DNA of 64,000 nucleotides, from contig OZ024744.1 in NCBI GenBank assembly GCA_964016885.1, forward strand, positions 20,212,001-20,276,000, written 5' to 3'. Positions 13,561 to 27,700 of this stretch are shown piece by piece. The position numbers and the translations under genes are program-made. The number at the start of each line of letters is the position of its first letter. Position 1 is the stretch's first letter. Source of the DNA: Eledone cirrhosa. Taxonomy: Eukaryota. Under the pieces are notes generated by a model, which ran no database searches, was not told the origin of the DNA, and saw only the letters and a list, made by a program, of their open reading frames with translations.

Positions 13561-16500
13561 TGAATGTTAAGAACTGACTCGTATTAACAACAGTTGAATC
13601 TTAAGATAAAACTCGTTTTGACAACAGTTAAATCTTAAGAACTGACTCGTTTTAACAACAGTTGAATATTAAGATGTAAATCGTTTTAACAACAGTTGAA
13701 TCTTATGAACTGACTCGATTTAACAGCAGTTGAATCTTAAGATAAAACTCGTTTTAACAACAGTTGAATGTTAAGAACTGACTCGTTTTAACAACAGCTG
13801 AATCTTAAGATGAAACTCGTTTTAACAACAGTTGAATGTTAAGAACTGACTCGTATTAACAACAGTTGAATCTTCAAATAAAACTCGTTTTAACAACAGT
13901 TGAATCTTAAGAACTGGCTCGTTTTAACAACAGTTGAGTGTTAAGATAAAACTCGTTTTAACAATAGTTGAATCTTAAGAACTGACTCGTTTTAACAACA
14001 GTTGAATCTTAAGATAAAACTCGTTTTAACAACAGTTGAATCTTAAGAACTGACTCGTTTTAACAACAGCTGAATCTTAAGATGAAACTCGTTTTAACAA
14101 CAGTTGAATCTTAACAACTGACTCATTTTAACAACTGTTCAACCTTAAGAACTGACTCGTTTTAACAACAGTTGAATCTTCAAATAAAACTCGTTTTAAC
14201 AACAGTTGAATCTTCAAATAAAACTCGTTTTAACAACAGTTGAATCTTCAGATCTGACTCGTTTTAACAACAGTTGAATCTTAAGATAAAACTCGTTTTA
14301 AAAATAGTTGAATCTTAAGAACTGACTCATTTTAACAACAGTTGAATCTTAAGATAAAACTCGTTTTAACAACAGTTGAATCTGAAGAACTGACTCTTTT
14401 TAACAACAGTTGAATCTTAAGAACCTACTCGTTTTAACAACAGTTGAATTTTAAGATAAAACTCGTTTTAATAACAGTTGAATCTTAAGATAAAACTCGT
14501 TTTAACAACAGTTGAATCTTAAAAATGAAACTCGTTTTAACAACAGTTGAATCTTAAGAACTGACTCGTTTTAACTACAGTTGAATCTTAAGATAAAACT
14601 CGTTTTAACAACAGTTGAATCTTAAGAACTGACTCATTTTAACAACAGTTGAATCTTAAGATAAAACTCGTTTTAACAACAGTTGAATCTTAAGAACTGA
14701 CTCGTTTTAACAACAGCTGAATCTTAACATAAAACTCGTTTTAACAACAGTTGAATCTTAAGAACTGACTCGTTTCAACAACTGTTCAACGTTAAGAACT
14801 GACTCGTTTTAACAACAGTTCAACGTCAAGAACTGGCTCGTTTTAACAACAGTTGAATCTTCAAATAAAACTTGTTTTAACAACAGTTGAATCTTAAGAA
14901 CTGACTCGTTTTAACAACAGTTGAATCTTAAGATAAAACTCGTTTTAACAACAGTTGACTCTTAAGAACTGACTCATTTTAACAACAGTTGAATCGTAAG
15001 ATAAAACACGTTTTAACAACAGTTGAATCTTAAGAACTCACTCGTTTTAACAACGGTTCAACCTTAAGAACTGACTCGTTTTAACAACAGTTGAATCTTC
15101 AAATAAAACTCGTTTTAACAACAGTTGAATATTAAGAACTGATTCGTTTTAACAACAGTTGAATGTTAAGAACTGGCTCGTTTTAAAACAGTTGAATCTT
15201 AAGATAACACTCGTTTTAAGATCAGTTGAATCTTTAGAACTGACTCGTTTTAACAACAGTTGAATCTTAAAATAAAATTCGTTTTACAACAGTTGAATCT
15301 CAAGAACTGACTCGTTTTAACAACAGTTGAATCTTAAGAGAAAACCTGTTTTAACAACAGTTGAATCCTAAGAACTCTCTCGTTTTAACAACAGTTGAAT
15401 CTTAAGATAGAATTCGTTTTAACAACAGTTGAATCTTAATAACTGATTCATTCGAACAACAGTTCAAACTTAAGAACTGACTCGTTTTAACAACAGTTGA
15501 ATCTTAATAACGGATTCATTCGAACAACAGTTCAAACTTAAGAACTGACTCGTTTTAACAACAGTTGAATCTTATGATAAAATTCATTTTAACAACAGTT
15601 GAATCTTAAGAACTGATTCGTTTTAACAACAGATGAATCTTAAGATAAACCTCGTTTTAACAACAGTTGAATCTTAAGAACTGACTCGTTTTAACAACAG
15701 TTCAACTTTAAGAACTGACTCGTTTTAACAACAGTTGAATCTTCAAATAAAACTCGTTTTAATAACAGTTGAATCTTAAGAACTGAATCGTTTTAACAAC
15801 AGTTGAATCTTAAGAACTGGCTCGTTTTAAAACAGTTGAATCTTAAGATAACACTCGTTTTAACATCAGTTGAATCTTTAGAACTGACCCGTTTTAAAAA
15901 CAGTTGAATCTTAAAATAAAATTCGTTTTAACAACAGTTGAATCTCAAGAACTGACTCGTTTTAACAACAGCTGATACTTAAGATAAAACTCGTTTTAAT
16001 AACAGTTGAATCTTAACAACTGACTCATTTTAACAATAGTTGAATCTTAAGAACTGACTCGTTTTAACAACAGTTGAATCTTAAGATTAAACTCGTTTTA
16101 ACAACAGTTGAATCTTAAGAACTGACTCATTTTAACAACAGTTGAATCTTAAGATAAAACTCGTTTTAACAACAGTTGAATCTTAAGAACTGACTCGTTT
16201 TTACAACAGCTGAATCTTAAGATACAACTCGTTTTAACAACAGTTGAATCTTAAGAACTGACTCGTTTTAACAACAGTTCAACCTTAAGAGCTGACTCGT
16301 TTAACATCAGTTGAATCTTCAAATAAAACTCGTTTTAACAACAGTTGAAACTTAAGAACTGACTCGTTTTAACAACAGTTGAATCTTAAGAACTACTCGT
16401 TTTAACAACAGTGGAATGTTAAGATAAAACTCGTTTTAACAATAGTTGAATCTTAAGAACTGACTTGTTTTAACAACAGTTGAATCTTAAGATAAAACTC

Positions 16501-16844
16501 GTTTTAACAACAGTTGAATCTTAAGAACTGATTCGTTTTAACAACAGCTGAATCTTAAGATAAAACTTGTTATACAATAGTTGAATCTTAACAACTGACT
16601 CGTTTTAACAACAGTTCAACCTTAAGAACTGACTCGTTTTAACAACAGTTAAATCTTAATAACTGACTCGTTTTAACAACAGTTTAATGTTAAGATAAAC
16701 CTCGTTTTAACAATAGTTGAATCTTAAGAACTGACTCGTTTTAACAACAGTTGAATCTTAAGATAAAACTCGTTTTAACAACTGTTGAATCTTAAGAACT
16801 GACTCGTTTTAACAACAGTTGAATGTTAAGATAAAACTCGTTTT

Positions 16845-18700
16845 AACAACAGTTGAATCTTATGAACTGACTCATTGTAACAACAGTTGAATCTTAAGAT
16901 AACATTCGTTTTAACAACAGTTCAACCTTAAGAACTGACTCGTTTTAACAACAGTTGAATCTTCAAATAAAACTCGTTTTAACAACAGTTGAATCTTAAG
17001 AAATGACTCGTTTTAACAACAGTTGGATCTTAAGATAAAACTCGTTTTAACAACAGTTGAATCTTAAGAACTGACTCATTTTAACAACAGTTGAATCTTA
17101 AGATAAAACTCGTTTTAACAACAGTTGAATCTTAAGAACTGACTCGTTTTAACAACAGTTGAGTTTTAAGATAAAACTCGGTTTAACATCAGTTGAATTT
17201 TAAGAACTGACTCCTTTTAACAGCATTTGAATCTGAAGAACTGTCTAGTTTTAGCAACAGTTGAATCTTAAGGTAAAATTCGTTTTTACAACAGTTGCAT
17301 TTTAAGATAAAACTGGTTTTAACAACAGATGAATCTTCAGATAAAACTCCTTTTAACAAATGTTGAATCTTAAGATAAAACTCGTTTCATCGAACAGTTG
17401 AGTCTTAAGAACTGACTTGTTTTAACAACAGTTGAATTTTAAGATAAAACTCGTTTTAATAACAGATGAATCTTAAGAACTGGCTCGATTTAACAACAGT
17501 TTAATCTTAACATAAAATCGTTTTAACAAAAGTTGAATCTTAATAACGGACTCTTTTTAACAACAGTTGAATCTTAAGAACTAACTCGTTTTAACAACTG
17601 TTGAATCATAAGATAAAACTCGTTTTATCAACATTTGATTCTTAAGAACTGAATTATTTTAACAAGAGATTGAATTTTAAGATAAAACTCGTTTTAACAA
17701 CAGTTGAATCTTAAGATAAAACTCGTTTTAACAACAGTTGAATCTTAAGAACTGACTCGTTATAACAACAGCTGAATCTTAAGATAAAACTCGTTTTAAC
17801 AACAGTTCAAACTTAAGAAATGACTCGTTTTAACAACAGTTGAATCTTATGAACTGACTCATTGTAACAACAGTTGAATCTTAAGATAACATTCGTTTTA
17901 ACAACAGTTCAACCTTAAGAACTGACTCGTTTTAACAACAGTTGAATCTTCAAATAAAACTCGTTTTAACAACAGTTGAATCTTAAGAAATGACTCGTTT
18001 TAACAACAGTTGGATCTTAAGATAAAACTCGTTTTAACAACAGTTGAATCTTAAGAACTGACTCATTTTAACAACAGTTGAATCTTAAGATAAAACTCGT
18101 TTTAACAACAGTTGAATCTTAAGAACTGACTCGTTTTAACAACAGTTGAGTTTTAAGATAAAACTCGGTTTAACATCAGTTGAATTTTAAGAACTGACTC
18201 CTTTTAACAGCATTTGAATCTGAAGAACTGTCTAGTTTTAGCAACAGTTGAATCTTAAGGTAAAATTCGTTTTTACAACAGTTGCATTTTAAGATAAAAC
18301 TGGTTTTAACAACAGATGAATCTTCAGATAAAACTCCTTTTAACAACTGTTGAATCTTAAGATAAAACTCGTTTCATCGAACAGTTGAGTCTTAAGAACT
18401 GACTTGTTTTAACAACAGTTGAATTTTAAGATAAAACTCGTTTTAATAACAGATGAATCTTAAGAACTGGCTCGATTTAACAACAGTTTAATCTTAACAT
18501 AAAATCGTTTTAACAAAAGTTGAATCTTAATAACGGACTTTTTTTAACAACAGTTGAATCTTAAGAACTAACTCGTTTTAACAACTGTTGAATCATAAGA
18601 TAAAACTCGTTTTATCAACATTTGATTCTTAAGAACTGAATTATTTTAACAAGAGATTGAATTTTAAGATAAAACTCGTTTTAACAACAGTTGAATCTTA
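16845..18700. repeat. Tandem duplication, 987-bp period (about 29 monomers) x2
   Basis: GTTTCATCGAACAG is at 17384/18371 and AACAAGAGATTGAATTTT at 17661/18648 (offset 987). Confidence 0.9.
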
Positions 18701-21700
18701 AGACTGGTTCGCTTTAACAACAGTTGAATCTTAACATAAAGCTCGACTTAACAACAGTTGAATCTGAAGAACTGACTCTTTTTAACAACAGTTGAATCTT
18801 AAGAACCTACTCGTTTTAACAACAGTTGAATTTTAAGATAAAACTCGTTTTAATAACAGCTGAATCTTAAGATAAAAGTCGTTTTAACAACAGTTGAATC
18901 TTAAAAATGAAACTCGTTTTAACAACAGTTGAATCTTAAGAACTGACTCGTTTTAACTACAGTTGAATCTTAAGATAAAACTCGTTTTAACAACAGTTGA
19001 ATCTTAAGAACTGACTCGTTTTAACAACAGCTGAATCTTAACATAAAACTCGTTTTAACAACAGTTGAATCTTAAGAACTGACTCGTTTTTACAACAGCT
19101 GAATCTTAAGATACAACTCGTTTTAACAACAGTTGAATCTTAAGAACTGACTCGTTTCAACAACAGTTCAACGTTAAGAACTGACTCGTTTTAACAACAG
19201 TTCAACGTCAAGAACTGGCTCGGTTTAACAACAGTTGAATCTTAAGATAAAACTCTTTTTAACAACAGTTGACTCTTAAGAACTGACTCATTTTAACAAC
19301 AGTTGAATCGTAAGATAAAACACGTTTTAACAACAGTTGAATCTTAAGAACTCACTCGTTTTAACAACGGTTCAAACTTAAGAACTGACTCGTTTTAACA
19401 ACAGTCGAATCTTCAAATAAAACTCGTTTTAACAACAGTTGAATCTTAAGAACTGAATCGTTTTAACAACAGTTGAATCTTAAGAACTGGCTCGTTTTAA
19501 AACAATTGAATCTTAAGATAACACTCGTTTTAACATCAGTTGAATCTTTAGAACTGACTCGTTTTAACAACAGTTGAATCTTAAAATAAAATTCGTTTTA
19601 ACAACAGTTGAATCTCAAGAACTGACTCGTTTTAACAACAGCTGATACTTAAGATAAAACTCGTTTTAATAACAGTTGAATCTTAACAACTGACTCGTTT
19701 TAACAATAGTTGAATCTTAAGAACTGACTCGTTTTAACAACAGTTGAATCTTAAGATAAAACTCCTTTTAACAACAGTTGAATCTTAAGAACTGACTCAT
19801 TTTAACAACAGTTGAATCTTAAGATAAAACTCGTTTTAACAACAGTTGAATCTTAAGAACTGATTCGTTTTTACAACAGCTGAATCTTAAGATACAACTC
19901 GTTTTAACAACAGTTGAATCTTAAGAACTGACTCGTTTTAACAACAGTTCAACCTTAAGAGCTGACTCGTTTAACATCAGTTGAATCTTCAAATAAAACT
20001 CGTTTTAACAACAGTTGAAACTTAAGAACTGACTCGTTTTAACAACAGTTGAATCTTAAGAACTACTCGTTTTAACAACAGTGGAATGTTAAGATAAAAC
20101 TCGTTTTAACAATAGTTGAATCTTAAGAACTGACTTGTTTTAACAACAGTTGAATCTTAAGATAAAACTCGTTTTAACAACAGTTGAATCTTAAGAACTG
20201 ATTCGTTTTAACAACAGCTGAATCTTAAGATAAAACTTGTTATACAACAGTTGAATCTTAACAACTGACTCGTTTTAACAACAGTTCAACCTTAAGAACT
20301 GACTCGTTTTAACAACAGTTAAATCTTAATAACTGACTCGTTTTAACAACAGTTTAATGTTAAGATAAAACTCGTTTTAACAATAGTTGAATCTTAAGAA
20401 CTGACTCGTTTTAACAACAGTTGAATCTTAAGATAAAACTCGTTTTAACAACTGTTGAATCTTAAGAACTGACTCGTTTTAACAACAGTTGAATGTTAAG
20501 ATAAAACTCGTTTTAACAATAGTTGAATCTTAAGAACTGACTCGATTTAACAACAGTTGAATCTTAAGATAAAACTCGTTTTAACAACAGTTGAATCTTA
20601 AGAACTGACTCGTTATAACAACAGCTGAATCTTAAGATAAAACTCGTTTTAACAACAGTTCAAACTTAAGAAATGACTCGTTTTAACAACAGTTGAATCT
20701 TATGAACTGACTCAATGTAACAACAGTTGAATCTTAAGATAACATTCGTTTTAACAACAGTTCAGCCTTAAGAACTGACTCGTTTTAACAACAGTTGAAT
20801 CTTCAAATAAAACTCGTTTTAACAACAGTTGAATCTTAAGAAATGACTCGTTTTAACAACAGTTGAATCTTAAGATAAAACTCGTTTTAACAACAGTTGA
20901 ATCTTAAGAACTGACTCATTTTAACAACAGTTGAATCTTAAGATAAAACTCGTTTTAACAACAGTTGAATCTTAAGAACTGACTCGTTTTAACAACAGTT
21001 GAATCTTAAGATAAAATTCGCTTTAACAACAGTTGAATCTTAAGAACTGATTCGTTTTAACAACAGTTCAAACTTAAGAACTGACTCGTTTTAACATCAG
21101 TTGAATCTTATGAACTGACTCATTTTAACAACAGTTGAATCTTAAGATAACATTCGTTTTAACAACAGTTGAATCTTATGAACTGACTCATTTTAACAAC
21201 AGTTGAATCTTAAGAACTGACTCGTTTTAACAACAGTTGAATCTTAAGAACTGACTCGTTTTAACGACAGCTGAATCTTAAGATAAAACTAGTTTTAACA
21301 ACAGTTGAATCTTAAAGATAAACCTCGCTTTAACAACAGTTGAATCTTAAAATAAAACTCGTTTTAACAATAGTTGAATCTCAAGAACTGACTCGTTTTA
21401 GCAACAGTTGAATCTTAAGATAACACTCGTTTTAATAACAGTTGAATCTTAAGAACTGTCTCGTTTTAACAACAGTTGATTCTTAAGATAAACCTAGTTT
21501 TAACAACAGTTGAATCTTAACAACTGACTCGTTTTAACAATAGTTGAATCTTAAGAACTGACTCGTTTTAACAACAGTTGAATCTTAAGATAAAACTCGT
21601 TTTAACAACAGTTGAATCTTAAGAACTGACTCATTTTAACAACAGTTGAATCTTAAGATAAAACTCGTTTTAACAACAGTTGAATCTTAAGAACTGACTA

Positions 21701-24700
21701 GTTTTTACAACAGCTGAATCTTAAGATACAACTCGTTTTAACAACAGTTGAATCTTAAGAACTGACTCGTTTTAACAACAGTTCAACCTTAAGAGCTGAC
21801 TCGTTTAACATCAGTTGAATCTTCAAATAAAACTCGTTTTAACAACAGTTGAAACTTAAGAACTGACTCGTTTTAACAACAGTTGAATGTTAAGGTAAAA
21901 CTCGTTTTAACAATAGTTGAATCCTAAGAACTGACTCGATTTAACAACAGTTGAATCTTAAGATAAAACTCGTTTTAACAACAGTTGAATCTTAAGAACT
22001 GACTCGTTTTAACAACAGTTGAATCTTCAAATAAAACTCGTTTTAACAACAGTTGAATCTTAAGAACTGACTCGTGTTAACAACAGTTGAATGTTAAGGT
22101 AAAACTCGTTTTAACAATAGTTGAATCCTAAGAACTGACTCGATTTAACAACAGTTGAATCTTAAGATAAAACTCGTTTTAACAACAGTTGAATCTTAAG
22201 AACTGACTCGTTATAACAACAGCTAAATCTTAAGATAAAACTCGTTTTAACAACAGTTCAAACTTAAGAAATGACTCGTTTTAACAACAGTTGAATCTTA
22301 TGAACTGACTCATTGTAACAACAGTTGAATCTTAAGATAACATTCGTTTTAACAGCAGTTGAATCTTAAGAATTGACTCGTTTTAACAAAAGTTCAACCT
22401 TAAGAACTGACTCGTTTTAACAACAGTGAATCTTCAAATAAGACTCGTTTTAACAACAGTTGAATCTTAAGAACTGACTCGTTTTAACAACAGTTGAATC
22501 TTAAGATAAAGCACGTTTTAACAACAGTTCAATCTTAAGAACTGACTCATTTTACCAACGGTTGAATCCTAAGACAAAACCCGTTTTAACAACAGTTGAA
22601 TCTTAAGATAAACCTCGTTTTAACAACAGTTGAATCTTAAGAACTGACTCGTTTCATCAACAGTTCAACCTTAAGAACTGACTCGTTTTAACAACAGGTG
22701 AATCTTCAAATAAAATTTGTTTTAACAACAGTTGAATCTTAAGAACTGACTCCTTTTAACAACAGTTGAATGTTAAGATAAAACTCGTTTTAACAATAGT
22801 TGAATCTTAAGAACTGACTCGTTTTAACAACAGATGAATCGTAAGATAAAACTCGTTTTAACAACAGTTGAATCTTAAGAACTGACTCGTGTTAACAACA
22901 GTTGAATCTTCAAATAAAACTCGTTTTAACAACAGTTGAATCTTAAGAACTGACTCGTTTTATCAACAGTTCAACATTAAAAACTGACTCGTTTTAACAA
23001 CAGTTGAATCATCAAATAAAACTCGTTTTAACAATAGTTGAATCTTAAGATAAAATTCGTTTTAACAACAGTTGAATCTTAAGAACTACTCGTTTTAACA
23101 ACAGTTGAATGTTAAGATAAAACTCGTTTTAACAATAGTTGAATCTTAAGAACTGACTCGTTTTAACAAAACTTGAATCTTCAAATAAAACTCGTTTTAA
23201 CAACAGTTGAATCTTAAGAACTGACTCGTTTTAACAACAGTTGAAACTTAAGATAAAACTAGTTTTAACAACAGTTGAATCTTAAGAACTGACTCGTTTT
23301 AACAGCAGCTGATACTTAAGATAAAACTCGTTTTAATAACAGTTGAATCTTAACAACTGACTCGTTTTAACAATAGTTGAATCTTAACAACTGACTCGTT
23401 TTAACAATAGTTGAATCTTAAGAACTGACTCGTTTTAACAACAGTTGAATCTTAAGATAAAACTCGTTTTAACAACAGTTGAATCTTAAGAACTGACTCA
23501 TTTTAACAACAGTTGAATCTTAAGATAAAACTCGTTTTAACAACAGTTGAATCTTAAGAACTGACTCGTTTTTACGACAGCTGAATCTTAAGATACAACT
23601 CGTTTTAACAACAGTTGAATCTTAAGAACTGACTCGTTTTAACAACAGTTCAACCTTAAGAGCTGACTCGTTTAACATCAGTTGAATCTTCAAATAAAAC
23701 TCGTTTTAACAACAGTTGAAACTTAAGAACTGACTCGTTTTAACAACAGTTGAATCTTCAAATAAAACTCGTTTTAACAACAGTTGAATCTTAAGAACTG
23801 ACTCGTTTTATCAACAGTTCAACATTAAGAACTGACTCGTTTTAACAACAGTTGAATCATCAAATAAAACTCGTTTTAACAATAGTTGAATCTTAAGATA
23901 AAACTCGTTTTAACAACAGTTGAATCTTAAGAACTACTCGTTTTAACAACAGTTGAATGTTAAGATAAAACTCGTTTTAACAATAGTTGAATCTTAAGAA
24001 CTGACTCGTTTTAACAAAACTTGAATCTTCAAATAAAACTCGTTTTAACAACAGTTGAATCTTAAGAACTGACTCGTTTTAACAGCAGCTGATACTTAAG
24101 ATAAAACTCGTTTTAATAACAGTTGAATCTTAACAACTGACTCGTTTTAACAATAGTTGAATCTTAAGAACTGACTCGTTTTAACAACAGTTGAATCTTA
24201 AGATAAAACTCCTTTTAACAACAGTTGAATCTTAAGAACTGACTCATTTTAACAACAGTTGAATCTTAAGATAAAACTCGTTTTAACAACAGTTGAATCT
24301 TAAGAACTGACTAGTTTTTACAACAGCTGAATCTTAAGATACAACTCGTTTTAACAACAGTTGAATCTTAAGAACTGACTCGTTTTAACAACAGTTCAAC
24401 CTTAAGAGCTGACTCGTTTAACATCAGTTGAATCTTCAAATAAAACTTGTTTTAACAACAGTTGAAACTTAAGAACTGACTCGTTTTAACAACAGTTGAA
24501 TGTTAAGGTAAAACTCGTTTTAACAATAGTTGAATCCTAAGAACTGACTCGATTTAACAACAGTTGAATCTTAAGATAAAACTCGTTTTAACAACAGTTG
24601 AATCTTAAGAACTGACTCGTTTTAACAACAGTTGAATCTTCAAATAAAACTCGTTTTAACAACAGTTGAATCTTAAGAACTGACTCGTTTTAACAACAGT

Positions 24701-27700
24701 TGAATGTTAAGGTAAAACTCGTTTTAACAATAGTTGAATCCTAAGAACTGACTCGATTTAACAACAGTTGAATCTTAAGATAAAACTCGTTTTAACAACA
24801 GTTGAATCTTCAGAACTGACTCGTTATAACAACAGCTGAATCTTAAGATAAAACTCGTTTTAACAACAGTTCAAACTTAAGAAATGACTCGTTTTACAAC
24901 AGTTGAATCTTATGAACTGACTCATTGTAACAACAGTTGAATCTTAAGATAACATTCGTTTTAACAACAGTTCAACCTTAAGAACTGACTCGTTTTAACA
25001 ACAGTTGAATCTTCAAATAAAACTCGTTTTAACAACAGTTGAATCTTAAGAAATGACTCGTTTTAACAACAGTTCAAACTTAAGAACTGACTCGTTTTAA
25101 CATCAGTTGAATCTTATGAACTGACTCATTTTAACAACAGTTGAATCTTAAGATAACAATCGTTTTAACAACAGTTGAATCTTAAGAACTGACTCGTTAT
25201 AACAACAGCTGAATCTTAAGATAAAACTCGTTTTAACAACAGTTCAAACTTAAGAAATGACTCGTTTTAACAACAGTTGAATCTTATGAACTGACTCATT
25301 GTAACAACAGTTGAATCTTAAGATAACATTCGTTTTAACAACAGTTCAACCTTAAGAACTGACTCGTTTTAACAACAGTTGAATCTTCAAATAAAACTCG
25401 TTTTAACAACAGTTGAATCTTAAGAAATGACTCGTTTTAACAACAGTTGGATCTTAAGATAAAACTCGTTTTAACAACAGTTGAATCTTAAGAACTGACT
25501 CATTTTAACAACAGTTGAATCTTAAGATAAAACTCGTTTTAACAACAGTTGAATCTTAAGAACTGACTCGTTTTAACAACAGTTGAGTTTTAAGATAAAA
25601 CTCGGTTTAACATCAGTTGAATTTTAAGAACTGACTCCTTTTAACAGCATTTGAATCTGAAGAACTGTCTAGTTTTAGCAACAGTTGAATCTTAAGGTAA
25701 AATTCGTTTTTACAACAGTTGCATTTTAAGATAAAACTGGTTTTAACAACAGATGAATCTTCAGATAAAACTCCTTTTAACAACTGTTGAATCTTAAGAT
25801 AAAACTCGTTTCATCGAACAGTTGAGTCTTAAGAACTGACTTGTTTTAACAACAGTTGAATTTTAAGATAAAACTCGTTTTAATAACAGATGAATCTTAA
25901 GAACTGGCTCGATTTAACAACAGTTTAATCTTAACATAAAATCGATTTAACAAAAGTTGAATCTTAATAACGGACTTTTTTTAACAACAGTTGAATCTTA
26001 AGAACTAACTCGTTTTAACAACTGTTGAATCATAAGATAAAACTCGTTTTATCAACATTTGATTCTTAAGAACTGAATTATTTTAACAAGAGATTGAATT
26101 TTAAGATAAAACTCGTTTTAACAACAGTTGAATCTTAAGACTGGTTCGCTTTAACAACAGTTGAATCTTAACATAAAGCTCGACTTAACAACAGTTGAAT
26201 CTGAAGAACTGACTCTTTTTAACAACAGTTGAATCTTAAGAACCTACTCGTTTTAACAACAGTTGAATTTTAAGATAAAACTCGTTTTAATAACAGCTGA
26301 ATCTTAAGATAAAAGTCGTTTTAACAACAGTTGAATCTTAAAAATGAAACTCGTTTTAACAACAGTTGAATCTTAAGAACTGACTCGTTTTAACTACAGT
26401 TGAATCTTAAGATAAAACTCGTTTTAACAACAGTTGAATCTTAAGAACTGACTCGTTTTAACAACAGCTGAATCTTAACATAAAACTCGTTTTAACAACA
26501 GTTGAATCTTAAGAACTGACTCGTTTTTACAACAGCTGAATCTTAAGATACAACTCGTTTTAACAACAGTTGAATCTTAAGAACTGACTCGTTTCAACAA
26601 CAGTTCAACGTTAAGAACTGACTCGTTTTAACAACAGTTCAACGTCAAGAACTGGCTCGGTTTAACAACAGTTGAATCTTAAGATAAAACTCTTTTTAAC
26701 AACAGTTGACTCTTAAGAACTGACTCATTTTAACAACAGTTGAATCGTAAGATAAAACACGTTTTAACAACAGTTGAATCTTAAGAACTCACTCGTTTTA
26801 ACAACGGTTCAAACTTAAGAACTGACTCGTTTTAACAACAGTCGAATCTTCAAATAAAACTCGTTTTAACAACAGTTGAATCTTAAGAACTGAATCGTTT
26901 TAACAACAGTTGAATCTTAAGAACTGGCTCGTTTTAAAACAATTGAATCTTAAGATAACACTCGTTTTAACATCAGTTGAATCTTTAGAACTGACTCGTT
27001 TTAACAACAGTTGAATCTTAAAATAAAATTCGTTTTAACAACAGTTGAATCTCAAGAACTGACTCGTTTTAACAACAGCTGATACTTAAGATAAAACTCG
27101 TTTTAATAACAGTTGAATCTTAACAACTGACTCGTTTTAACAATAGTTGAATCTTAAGAACTGACTCGTTTTAACAACAGTTGAATCTTAAGATAAAACT
27201 CCTTTTAACAACAGTTGAATCTTAAGAACTGACTCATTTTAACAACAGTTGAATCTTAAGATAAAACTCGTTTTAACAACAGTTGAATCTTAAGAACTGA
27301 TTCGTTTTTACAACAGCTGAATCTTAAGATACAACTCGTTTTAACAACAGTTGAATCTTAAGAACTGACTCGTTTTAACAACAGTTCAACCTTAAGAGCT
27401 GACTCGTTTAACATCAGTTGAATCTTCAAATAAAACTCGTTTTAACAACAGTTGAAACTTAAGAACTGACTCGTTTTAACAACAGTTGAATCTTAAGAAC
27501 TACTCGTTTTAACAACAGTGGAATGTTAAGATAAAACTCGTTTTAACAATAGTTGAATCTTAAGAACTGACTTGTTTTAACAACAGTTGAATCTTAAGAT
27601 AAAACTCGTTTTAACAACAGTTGAATCTTAAGAACTGATTCGTTTTAACAACAGCTGAATCTTAAGATAAAACTTGTTATACAACAGTTGAATCTTAACA

